Source: Chitinophagaceae bacterium (GTDB taxonomy: Bacteria; Bacteroidota; Bacteroidia; Chitinophagales; Chitinophagaceae). Taken from it: a stretch of 64,000 bases of DNA. The stretch spans positions 618 to 64,617 of the forward strand of contig JBGATE010000001.1 of the NCBI GenBank assembly GCA_044229375.1, written 5' to 3'. Numbering within the stretch: position 1 is the stretch's first letter; each line of letters begins with the position of its first letter. Both the position numbers and the translations under genes were made by a program. The notes below the pieces were generated by a model. It was not told the DNA's origin, did no database searches, and was given only the letters and a program-made list of their open reading frames with translations. Shown here one piece after another: positions 39,595 to 48,121 of this stretch.

Positions 39595-40785
39595 TTAAGG
39601 ACGCCTGATTATCGTTCCTGATTTTCTGTATTTGAAGATCCCGGCGTTGTTCTGTCCGTATTTCCAAACATCGGGAATATTGGGATCAGCAAAATACCAG
39701 GCCTTGATCAACGCGATTTCTGAAGGCAGCAGCCCTCCGTCGTCATACGCCATTCCTCCCTGGTGCGTAGAGTTGAAGACACCTGTGTAGGGATTGGCCG
39801 GCAGGAGGGTGGAGTCAACCCTTGAGGCCACCATACTGGCAATATTGAGGTTATTACCCCGCACATAATATTGTTTTAATGTAACGGGATCTGTATACTG
39901 AACGGATGTAACGCTTCGTTGTCCTTTTGGATACATAATATCCAGTAATATATCATCATAGGTTTGCAGCGGCCCTCTTGTACTGGAAGCGGAAACCGGT
40001 GTGGAGAATGTTTTATACGGGCGGAAACTTGCATTGGCCAGGGTATCCGAATAGAATTTGCGTACACTGTCCTTGTAGGCGTTCCAAACTGTATTTCTGA
40101 GCGTAACATTGGAAAGCTGGCAATAAACAGTTACCGAACCGGTGGGACTAGAATATACATATTGCGTGGTATCATTGGTGGTTAAGGTTCCCAATAATCC
40201 TTTCCGGGCCCAGGCGCCGGTGGCGGTGGCCTGGTTATGGCAGTTGGCCGAACCACAACCATTATTGATAATCCGGATTGCAGCGGGACGGAAATCCCGG
40301 AGATCCGGTCTTTCTTTCGCCCCGTTCAGGATCCAGTTGTAAATAATGGCTTTGTCGGTTGTGCCCATTTCAAAAGATGAGTTGACCGGGGGCATGGCAT
40401 TTTTAAAATCATTAGTAGTGATAAACTCCCACAATTTGCTGCCCTGGGGATTCCCGGGTGATATGTATTTCATGATCTCGGCGTAGGTATCGAACTTCGG
40501 ATTTACTCGGCCCCCGTGACAATTACCGGTGCCGCAATGTTCATGAATGATCGTTTGCACCCCCCTGAACCGGATGAGGTCGTTTACATCGGGGGTGGCA
40601 TCGGAAGGAGTCACGGTGTTACTCTCATAAAAAGAGGCATAGAGGGTGGAGTCGGGTCCCCCTGTATAAGACCTGTCCAGGTTTTGAATGAGGTCACCCT
40701 GTTTTCTGCACTGAAATAGCAGCGTCGTCAAAAAGAAAACTCCGGTAAAAATGGTGGCTGCCTGAATTACTGAACCTTTTTTCAT
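39595..40785 (-). CDS. c-type cytochrome lipoprotein (Planctomycete cytochrome c-like domains)
   Basis: Lipoprotein-like Cys (LFQC); CGTGNCHGG...PGNPQGSKL...MPP...IYNWILNGA; second motif CGSANCH...LIKAW. Confidence 0.78.
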   Translation of the reverse strand: MKKGSVIQAATIFTGVFFLTTLLFQCRKQGDLIQNLDRSYTGGPDSTLYASFYESNTVTPSDATPDVNDLIRFRGVQTIIHEHCGTGNCHGGRVNPKFDTYAEIMKYISPGNPQGSKLWEFITTNDFKNAMPPVNSSFEMGTTDKAIIYNWILNGAKERPDLRDFRPAAIRIINNGCGSANCHNQATATGAWARKGLLGTLTTNDTTQYVYSSPTGSVTVYCQLSNVTLRNTVWNAYKDSVRKFYSDTLANASFRPYKTFSTPVSASSTRGPLQTYDDILLDIMYPKGQRSVTSVQYTDPVTLKQYYVRGNNLNIASMVASRVDSTLLPANPYTGVFNSTHQGGMAYDDGGLLPSEIALIKAWYFADPNIPDVWKYGQNNAGIFKYRKSGTIIRRP

Positions 40786-40900
40786 AAAAAGCTAGTTTAA
40801 CTGAATGAATCTGTTATTATTAAAAATCCTACTCTAAAAAAGCATTGTCAAAAATATTAGGGAGTTTCTGACAGTATCATGACATGAATTTGATGCATAC

Positions 40901-40985
40901 ATGACTTTTGTCACTTACTTAACTAAAGTTAATCAAAACAACGTTTTCTGTGATATTTCTCACTTAAACCCTTGACCAGGGTCAT
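40901..40985. promoter_or_regulatory. Three CRP/FNR-like TGA-N6-TCA palindromes in the divergent promoter region
   Basis: atgacttttgtcac (40901), gtgatatttctcac (40950), ttgaccagggtcat (40972). Confidence 0.55.
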
Positions 40986-41054
40986 GGTAGTGTCAAAATT
41001 TCGGAAATAAGTTGCACCGCCTTTTCTTTAAATTTAAGAATTAAAAAATTATAT

Positions 41055-41276
41055 ATGGGAACAAACAACCACAAAAAAAACAACTCCAGGCGTAACTTTT
41101 TCTCCTCCCTAATTTCCGGTTCTGCGGAAAATAAAGGAGAAATGGTAAAAATGCTTACCCCTGAAGGTAAACTGGTGGAGGTCAGCAAAGCCATCCTGGA
41201 GGCCGCCTCCCAAAAGCAAAGATCCAGTAATAAAGAAATCTACGACTGGATGAACAACCCCTCCAAAAAAAAATGA
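41055..41276 (+). CDS. Small hypothetical protein with twin-Arg-like motif
   Basis: SRRNFF; VKMLTPEGKLVEV motif shared with both downstream Fe-S proteins. Confidence 0.75.
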   Translation: MGTNNHKKNNSRRNFFSSLISGSAENKGEMVKMLTPEGKLVEVSKAILEAASQKQRSSNKEIYDWMNNPSKKK

Positions 41277-41301
41277 ATAAAAACAGAATCAACTTATTTT
41301 C

Positions 41302-42285
41302 ATGAAACAAGTAGAACAAACCGATAGTGGCCGCCGCGATTTTTTAAAGACCGCTGATAAAGCAACCGTTGCCGCCACTGCAAGCGGACGCGACCTATGC
41401 TCCTGCTCCTCTAAACAGGCGGCCACCGCTGAAAAAGTGCGGCTGCTCTCCCCCGAAGGAGAGATCGTGGAAATCGACTCCGCCTACCTGAACCACCAGG
41501 AACATATGTCCATTTTATCCAAGCTGGAACAACGGCAGGGCATAGCCGGGAAAAAGTTCGTCATGGTGGTGGATCTTTCGCGATGCAAAAACGCCCGCAA
41601 ATGCGTCTCTGCCTGTCAGAAATGGCATTACCGACCGGAGGACAAGGAATGGCTGACCGTAAAACTGATGAAGGACAGTGAAAAAAGCGCCCCCTATTGG
41701 TTCCCGAAACAGTGTTTCCATTGCGATAATCCCCCCTGCGTAAAAGTGTGCCCGGTCAATGCCACTTTTAAGAGGCAGGACGGGTTGGTGCTGATCGATA
41801 ACGATCGTTGTATTGGTTGTAAGTTCTGTATGGCGGCCTGCCCCTATTCAACCCGGGTATTCAACTGGGATGAGCCCGAAGTACCGATGGATATCAGGGG
41901 CCTTGCTTATTCCGCCGAAACTGGCATCCCCGCCAAAGTGGGTACGGTGGAAAAATGCGATTTCTGTCCCGACCGCGCCCGCGAAGGCCTGCTTCCACCC
42001 TGCGTAGAAGCCTGCCCCAACGGTGTTTTCTATTTCGGTGACGAAAACGAAGATACCGTTTCGAACGGTGAGGAAACCGTCAGTTTCTCGCAACTGATCA
42101 GGGACAGGGCCGCATACCGCTTCCAGGAAGAACTGGGTACCAAGCCGAGAGTGTACTATCTCCCGCCCAAAGACCGCCAGTTCCCTGTTGAAAGAGGATA
42201 TGAAAATCTGGATTCGAATATAAAAGCACGGTTCAAGGATATTATGGAACCGGACACTAAAACCTCCGGATCGGCAAACCACTAA
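41302..42285 (+). CDS. 4Fe-4S dicluster protein, NrfC/PsrB/DsrO family (copy 1)
   Basis: GRRDFLK; CKNARKCVSAC, CFHCDNPPCVKVCP, CIGCKFCMAACPY, KCDFC...PPCVEACP; LGTKPRVYY. Confidence 0.92.
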   Translation: MKQVEQTDSGRRDFLKTADKATVAATASGRDLCSCSSKQAATAEKVRLLSPEGEIVEIDSAYLNHQEHMSILSKLEQRQGIAGKKFVMVVDLSRCKNARKCVSACQKWHYRPEDKEWLTVKLMKDSEKSAPYWFPKQCFHCDNPPCVKVCPVNATFKRQDGLVLIDNDRCIGCKFCMAACPYSTRVFNWDEPEVPMDIRGLAYSAETGIPAKVGTVEKCDFCPDRAREGLLPPCVEACPNGVFYFGDENEDTVSNGEETVSFSQLIRDRAAYRFQEELGTKPRVYYLPPKDRQFPVERGYENLDSNIKARFKDIMEPDTKTSGSANH

Positions 42286-42308
42286 ACATTCACTGATCAA
42301 TTATTATT

Positions 42309-43664
42309 ATGGAACTCAATAAATTTCAACAGGAATTATTCAACTACCAGAAGCCTGTTATCGAAAAATTCGGGCGGAGGGCCTGGGGGTGGACCATTTT
42401 CTATTTGCTGTGGATTGGTTTGGGGGGATATGCGCTTTATCTCCAGGTGGTAAAAGGACATGAAATAACCGGCATGCGGGATAACGTGGTCTGGGGACTT
42501 TATATTGCCAACTTCATCTTCTTTATCGGCATCAGTTATGCGGGCGCCGTCATTTCAGGCATTCTCCACATCCTGAAAGTGGAATGGAGAAAACCCATTA
42601 TCCGGATCGCGGAAATGATCACCGTTATTTCGACGATCATCGGCCCGGTATTCATTTTATTATGTGTTGGAAGACTGGACCGGCTCCATCACCTGTTTCT
42701 CTATCCCCGGCTACAGTCACCCATCACCTGGGATGTGCTGGCCATCGGTACCTATTTTACCGGAAGCGTCATCTTTCTGTACCTCGCCCTGATCAAAGAC
42801 TTTGCCATTTACCGCGATGCCAAACTGAATATTCCAAAATGGAAACAAAAGATGTATAAGATCCTGGCGCTGGGATACAAGGGAACTCACGGTCAGAAAA
42901 GGCATATCAATATTTCCATGAACCTGATGGCTATCATGATCGTTCCGCTGGCTATCATCGTGCACTCTGTTCTTTCCTGGATATTCGGCATGACCTTGCG
43001 GCCCGGCTGGCACAGTACGATCTTCGGACCCTATTTCGTATTAGCAGCCATTTATTCCGGTACAGGTGTGCTGATTGTCTCCATGTGGGTATACAGGAAA
43101 ATGTATAAACTGCACAATTACCTGGAGGATAAACACTTTGTTTACCTGGGTTATATCATGATGATACTGGGAGCGGCGTACGGGTATTTTACTTTTTCAG
43201 AATACCTTACCAGCTGGTATGGTTCTGAAAAATGGGACAGCGAAGTGATCGCAAAAATGTTTAACCCGTCTGAATACGGATGGCAGTTCCTGTTTGCCAA
43301 TGTTGCCGGAATCCTCTTACCAATTTTGATCGTCGCCATTCCAAAGACCCGGACACCTAATCTTATCACCATTGCATCCTTCCTGATGGTCATTGCGCTG
43401 TGGGTAAAACGATACCTGATCATAGTACCGACCCTGGAATCTCCGCTATTGCCCATGCAGGATACAAGACCCGAATTTGTAAAATATTCTGCTACCTGGG
43501 TGGAATGGGCGCTGACGCTTGCCGGCATTGCCACTTTCTTTCTCTTCTTTACCCTGATGTCGAAGTTTGTGACCATCATACCCATCTCTGAGTTCGGTGA
43601 AAAAGGGAAGGCCGCTGCCCCGGCCAAAGAAGCAACAACTGGAAAAGAAACAGCAACCGCATAA
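42309..43664 (+). CDS. NrfD/PsrC-family quinol-interacting membrane protein (copy 1)
   Basis: WGLYIANFIFFIGIS, RIAE, GR.DR, QSPITWD, VHSV..WIF, RPGWHS, KRYLIIVP; about 10 TM. Confidence 0.92.
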   Translation: MELNKFQQELFNYQKPVIEKFGRRAWGWTIFYLLWIGLGGYALYLQVVKGHEITGMRDNVVWGLYIANFIFFIGISYAGAVISGILHILKVEWRKPIIRIAEMITVISTIIGPVFILLCVGRLDRLHHLFLYPRLQSPITWDVLAIGTYFTGSVIFLYLALIKDFAIYRDAKLNIPKWKQKMYKILALGYKGTHGQKRHINISMNLMAIMIVPLAIIVHSVLSWIFGMTLRPGWHSTIFGPYFVLAAIYSGTGVLIVSMWVYRKMYKLHNYLEDKHFVYLGYIMMILGAAYGYFTFSEYLTSWYGSEKWDSEVIAKMFNPSEYGWQFLFANVAGILLPILIVAIPKTRTPNLITIASFLMVIALWVKRYLIIVPTLESPLLPMQDTRPEFVKYSATWVEWALTLAGIATFFLFFTLMSKFVTIIPISEFGEKGKAAAPAKEATTGKETATA

Positions 43665-43674
43665 AAAAAAACTT

Positions 43675-44637
43675 ATGAAACAGGTTTCAATATTACCCCT
43701 GGTACAATACTTCCGGCAATTTGTTTTGCCCCTCTGCCTGCTGTTCGTTTTGTCGCTACCTGTCCGCCTGATCGCTCAGGACGACAGCACAGCACAAAAG
43801 GAAGGACCGGCTGCTGCGACAGAAACGGAAATGATCTCTCCGGCCATTACTTTCACCGCCGTGCAGAAAAGTGATATGAGTATTGAACTGAAGGCAGCGC
43901 TACAGGCCAAAGTGAAGGGCCAGTTTGTAAAGTTGTACAAGATGAAGGTCAGCTTTTACCGGGTGGTGAATGAGGAAGCACAGGAGCTGGGGTTTGCGAT
44001 CACTGACGGTAACGGCAAAGCCACCTTCCAGGTAAAAGGCGACAGCCTCCTGGTAGATAAAGAGGGCAACCTTCAATTCAAGGCGGCCTTTGCTGGCAAT
44101 AAAGCCATGGAGGCAGCCGAAGAGGTGGTGAGTTTCAAGAGGGCCCGGCTGGAGATCACGCCGGTCAAAGAAGATTCATTGCTGAGCGTACAGGTAAAAC
44201 TGGTTGATTTAGGAACAGGTCAGGAGGTTCCGGTAAAAGATGCAACAGTCGGCATATTTGTGAAGCGCATGTTTCTGCCGCTGAAAGTGGGTGAAGGCAC
44301 TACCGATGAGGCCGGTACCGCTGCGATCGAGTTTCCGCAACATTTGCCCGGTGATGCCAAAGGAAACCTGACATTGATCGGCCGACTGGATGAAAACGAG
44401 GTATATGGCAACCTGGAGGCTACAAGCGTTCAACAATGGGGTGTTCCGGTTTCTGATAAAATCGAGGAACTGCCCCGTGCCCTGTGGAGCACGAACCCAC
44501 CGATCTGGATGATGGTCACTTTCGTTATTCTGATGGGTACCGTCTGGGGTCACTACCTGGTTATTATCATCCAGTTGTTCCGCTTAAGAAAAGAAGAACC
44601 CTCACCAGGTTCTCCTACGATAGAACATCTCTCTTAA
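43675..44637 (+). CDS. Hypothetical periplasmic beta-sandwich protein with C-terminal TM anchor (copy 1)
   Basis: Signal peptide; LPGDAKGNLTLIGRLDENEVYG; WGV; RALWSTNPP then TM; paralogous to 46996-47931. Confidence 0.85.
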   Translation: MKQVSILPLVQYFRQFVLPLCLLFVLSLPVRLIAQDDSTAQKEGPAAATETEMISPAITFTAVQKSDMSIELKAALQAKVKGQFVKLYKMKVSFYRVVNEEAQELGFAITDGNGKATFQVKGDSLLVDKEGNLQFKAAFAGNKAMEAAEEVVSFKRARLEITPVKEDSLLSVQVKLVDLGTGQEVPVKDATVGIFVKRMFLPLKVGEGTTDEAGTAAIEFPQHLPGDAKGNLTLIGRLDENEVYGNLEATSVQQWGVPVSDKIEELPRALWSTNPPIWMMVTFVILMGTVWGHYLVIIIQLFRLRKEEPSPGSPTIEHLS

Positions 44638-44652
44638 CCTAAATACGGGGTT

Positions 44653-45597
44653 ATGGAAGAAGATAATAACAAACAAGACTTCAAAACCGACCGTAAAGAG
44701 TTCCTTAAAAAAGGGTTGGTTGCCGGAAGCGTCATCGCTGCAGGCGCAGTCGGACTGAATAATCTCACTTCCTGCGGAAATGACTCCGGAGAAAAAGTTA
44801 AAGTACTGACCCCCGAAGGAAAACTGGTGGAAGTGGATTCGGGTCAGTTGAAAAAATCCAGGGCCTGCTGTGCCGCTCCCACTAAAGAAGCCCGGGTTGG
44901 GGTTCCCGGAAAAAAATATGTGATGGTGATCGATCTTTCCCGCTGCAAGCATGCGCTTAAGTGCCAGGATGCCTGCCAGGAATATCATCATCTTTCCGGC
45001 ATGAATGTCTGGTTGAAGGTGTTCAAGATGCATGATGCTGAAAATACGGCCCCTTACTGGATGCCCAAACCCTGCCTGCATTGTGATAAACCTCCCTGCG
45101 TAAAAGTATGCCCGGTCAATGCCACTTACAAAAGAGATGACGGAATCGTTCTGGTAGATAATGAACGTTGCATCGGCTGCAGGTTCTGTATGGCGGCATG
45201 TCCTTATTCCACGAGATCATTTAATTGGGAAGAACCGGAACTTATATCGGAAACCGAAGGTTCGGTTTACTCACCTGAAACGGGATTCCCACAAAAAAAG
45301 GGTACCGTGGAAAAATGTGATTTCTGCCCCGATATGCTGCGCCAGGGAAAACTTCCTCACTGTGTAACTGCCTGTCCCAACGGAGTATTCTACATGGGCG
45401 ACCTGAATGAAGATACCGTTTCCAATGGCGCCGAAACGGTCCGTTTCAGCCAGCTTATAAAGGATAAAGGCGGGTACCGTCTAAACGAAATACTGGGTAC
45501 AGAACCCAGTGTATACTATCTGCCTCCCGTAAACAGGTTATTTCCGTTTATCGATCCGGAAAAAGAAACAAAAGAACCGGATGACGCTGCAAATTGA
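44653..45597 (+). CDS. 4Fe-4S dicluster protein, NrfC/PsrB/DsrO family (copy 2)
   Basis: DRKEFLKKGLVAGSVIAAGAVG..LTSC (Tat-like signal with lipobox); CKHALKCQDAC plus three canonical Cys groups. Confidence 0.92.
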   Translation: MEEDNNKQDFKTDRKEFLKKGLVAGSVIAAGAVGLNNLTSCGNDSGEKVKVLTPEGKLVEVDSGQLKKSRACCAAPTKEARVGVPGKKYVMVIDLSRCKHALKCQDACQEYHHLSGMNVWLKVFKMHDAENTAPYWMPKPCLHCDKPPCVKVCPVNATYKRDDGIVLVDNERCIGCRFCMAACPYSTRSFNWEEPELISETEGSVYSPETGFPQKKGTVEKCDFCPDMLRQGKLPHCVTACPNGVFYMGDLNEDTVSNGAETVRFSQLIKDKGGYRLNEILGTEPSVYYLPPVNRLFPFIDPEKETKEPDDAAN

Positions 45598-45623
45598 TTC
45601 CGGAGAAGGTTAAATACCTTGCT

Positions 45624-46994
45624 ATGGAAGAGAATAAACCACAAATAGAAGAAGCTGCAGCAATAAAAATGCTGCACCAGTATAACGAAGACCTTCTTCC
45701 CAAAAAATTCGGATTGATCGGCAAGTCCTGGGTGGCCCTGCTGTTGGTTGTTCTTCTGCTGGGCATTTACTGTTATATCATTCAACTCAGGAAAGGACTG
45801 ATCATAACCGGGATGAGGGATTTTGTATTCTGGGGAATCTACATTTCCAATTTTGTTTTTTTTGTTGCGATCAGCCTGGTGGGATCATTAATAACCGCCG
45901 TGCTATACCTGCTCAAGGTTTCCTGGCGGGCTCCGCTCACCCGGCTTTCGGAGGTTATTGCCGTTGCTGCCATTCTATTTGCCGGGTTAATTATCATCGT
46001 CGACATGGGGCGGCCCGACCGGATGATGAATATGGTTCTTCATGGAAGAATACAGTCTCCGATCATCTGGGATGTGATGGTGGTCATGACCTACATGACG
46101 CTGAGTATACTGCTGCTTTATTTTCCGCTATTGCCCGGCATCTCCTTTTGCAGGGATCACCTGAAAGGAATACCCAAATGGCAGAAAAAAATGTATACGA
46201 TCCTTTCTCTAGGCTGGAAGAATACCCCGGAGCAATATAAAGTGGTCAAGAAAGCCATTACCATTCTGTCGGTCATGATCATTCCGGTTGCGCTTTGCAT
46301 CCACACCGTAACCTCCTGGTTGTTCGCGAGTACATACCGGCCGGGATGGGACAGCACCAATTTTGGGGCCTATTTTGTTTCCGGTGCCTTCCTGGTAGGC
46401 TCGGGCGGTGTCGTTGTGGGAATGTACCTGCTGAGAAGGTTTAACCCTTCATATGACAAGTACCTCACCGACACACACTTTGACAGAATGGGTAAGCTGC
46501 TGGTGTTGCTTGCCATGATCTATGCATATTTCTCCATCAACGAATATCTTATTCCCGCTTATAAAATGAAAGGGGAGGAAGCGCATCACCTTAACGAATT
46601 GTTCACGGGTTTTTATGCCCCTATGTTCTGGTCCGTACAGTTTTTCGGGATGATCCTTCCCATCATCGTACTCCTTTTCAAAAGGGGGCGGCGGCCGCTT
46701 TCCATGTTCATTATGGCCGTGCTGGTGATCGTATGCGCCTGGTTCAAGCGATACCTGATCGTTATTCCAAGCATGTCTTTCCTGCCGGTACAGGAGATCC
46801 CCGAAGCATGGAAACATTACTCACCCACCTTACTGGAATGGGCCATAACAGGCGGTTCGCTGGCGGGCGCATTACTGGTCATCACATTTTTTATCCGTTA
46901 TTTTCCCATCATATCCGTTTGGGAGGTTGCTGAAGAGAAAGGCGTTTCCACCGAAGTCATTTATAAACATCTGCACGAAGGAAATGAAAAATGA
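45624..46994 (+). CDS. NrfD/PsrC-family membrane protein (copy 2)
   Basis: WGIYISNFVFFVAIS, RLSE, DMGRPDR, QSPIIWD, IHTVTSWLF, RPGWDS, KRYLIVIP (alternative TTG start at 45594). Confidence 0.92.
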   Translation: MEENKPQIEEAAAIKMLHQYNEDLLPKKFGLIGKSWVALLLVVLLLGIYCYIIQLRKGLIITGMRDFVFWGIYISNFVFFVAISLVGSLITAVLYLLKVSWRAPLTRLSEVIAVAAILFAGLIIIVDMGRPDRMMNMVLHGRIQSPIIWDVMVVMTYMTLSILLLYFPLLPGISFCRDHLKGIPKWQKKMYTILSLGWKNTPEQYKVVKKAITILSVMIIPVALCIHTVTSWLFASTYRPGWDSTNFGAYFVSGAFLVGSGGVVVGMYLLRRFNPSYDKYLTDTHFDRMGKLLVLLAMIYAYFSINEYLIPAYKMKGEEAHHLNELFTGFYAPMFWSVQFFGMILPIIVLLFKRGRRPLSMFIMAVLVIVCAWFKRYLIVIPSMSFLPVQEIPEAWKHYSPTLLEWAITGGSLAGALLVITFFIRYFPIISVWEVAEEKGVSTEVIYKHLHEGNEK

Positions 46995-46995
46995 A

Positions 46996-47931
46996 ATGAT
47001 CCATATTACAAAAAGAGCAGGGTGGCACAGCGCCTTTTTCATTTTAATAATCATCGGCGCTATCTCCCTGCTTCCAGGGTCTGCAACGGCACAGGATACA
47101 AAAGACAGTTCCAAACTTTCTTTCACGATGAACCTGAGTTCAGTTGTAACAGATGGCAAGCGAACGGTGAAAGTGCAGCTCAGCAGGAAGGCCAATAAAA
47201 AAACGGTGGTCGTCCGTGACCTGAAATCCCCGTTAAATCTTTATTTGAATGAAGTAAAAGCGCAGGATCCGGCGGATGGAACCGGCTGGATAAGCCAACT
47301 TCACACGGGATACGAGGGAGAAGGGTTGTTTGAATTCCCCGCTGGTTTTAACGGATTGACATCCGGGCTGCATCATTATACCTTCATTGTGAAAATGGAA
47401 GCCGATCCGTTGTACGAAGAAACGGAAGAACAAATCACCGTGTCGGATGCAAAAATCAATATTGTGTACTCAGGAGAGGATTCCATTAAAACAGCAACGG
47501 CAACAGTGACCGCCTGGAATGACAGCAGCCAGAGTTATGTTATTGTACCCAATACCGAACTGAAACTTTGCCTTAAAAGAACCTTTAACTGCCTGCCTTT
47601 CGGAGAACCGGGGGCCATGACCAATGAAGCCGGGGAAATCTCCGGTGAACTACCGCTTGATCTGCCCGGGAATACTGATGGAACCCTTACCATTGCCGCC
47701 AGGCTGGAAGAGGATGAAAACTACGGTACGGTGGAAGCAACCACCCGGGTGCCGTGGGGGGTGCGTCCCAGGGAAAACCCTGTCCGTGGACGCACTTTAT
47801 GGTCTTCCGGGGAAAATGCGCCCCTGGTACTGGTTATCTCCTCCGTGGCCATCATCGGTATTATTTGGGGTACTATCCTATACCTGGTGTATTTATTATT
47901 TAAAATAAAAAGACTGGGCAAAACCCCATAA
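46996..47931 (+). CDS. Hypothetical periplasmic beta-sandwich protein with C-terminal TM anchor (copy 2)
   Basis: Signal peptide; LPGNTDGTLTIAARLEEDENYG; WGV; RTLWSSGENAP then TM (alternative start at 46984). Confidence 0.85.
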   Translation: MIHITKRAGWHSAFFILIIIGAISLLPGSATAQDTKDSSKLSFTMNLSSVVTDGKRTVKVQLSRKANKKTVVVRDLKSPLNLYLNEVKAQDPADGTGWISQLHTGYEGEGLFEFPAGFNGLTSGLHHYTFIVKMEADPLYEETEEQITVSDAKINIVYSGEDSIKTATATVTAWNDSSQSYVIVPNTELKLCLKRTFNCLPFGEPGAMTNEAGEISGELPLDLPGNTDGTLTIAARLEEDENYGTVEATTRVPWGVRPRENPVRGRTLWSSGENAPLVLVISSVAIIGIIWGTILYLVYLLFKIKRLGKTP

Positions 47932-48121
47932 AGGAAAAACAACTGAAAATTGTATGCTTTTTATAGTCGTTGAATACATTATAACCTGATTTTTTCCATA
48001 TGATTGAAGTCGGAAAATGCAGGTATTTTGATCAGGCCGAAATATGAGAAAATTCATGTTCTACGGCTTGCAACTATTTCGTAATTTGAGCATTCTATTA
48101 TATACGTAAAAACATTAAAAC

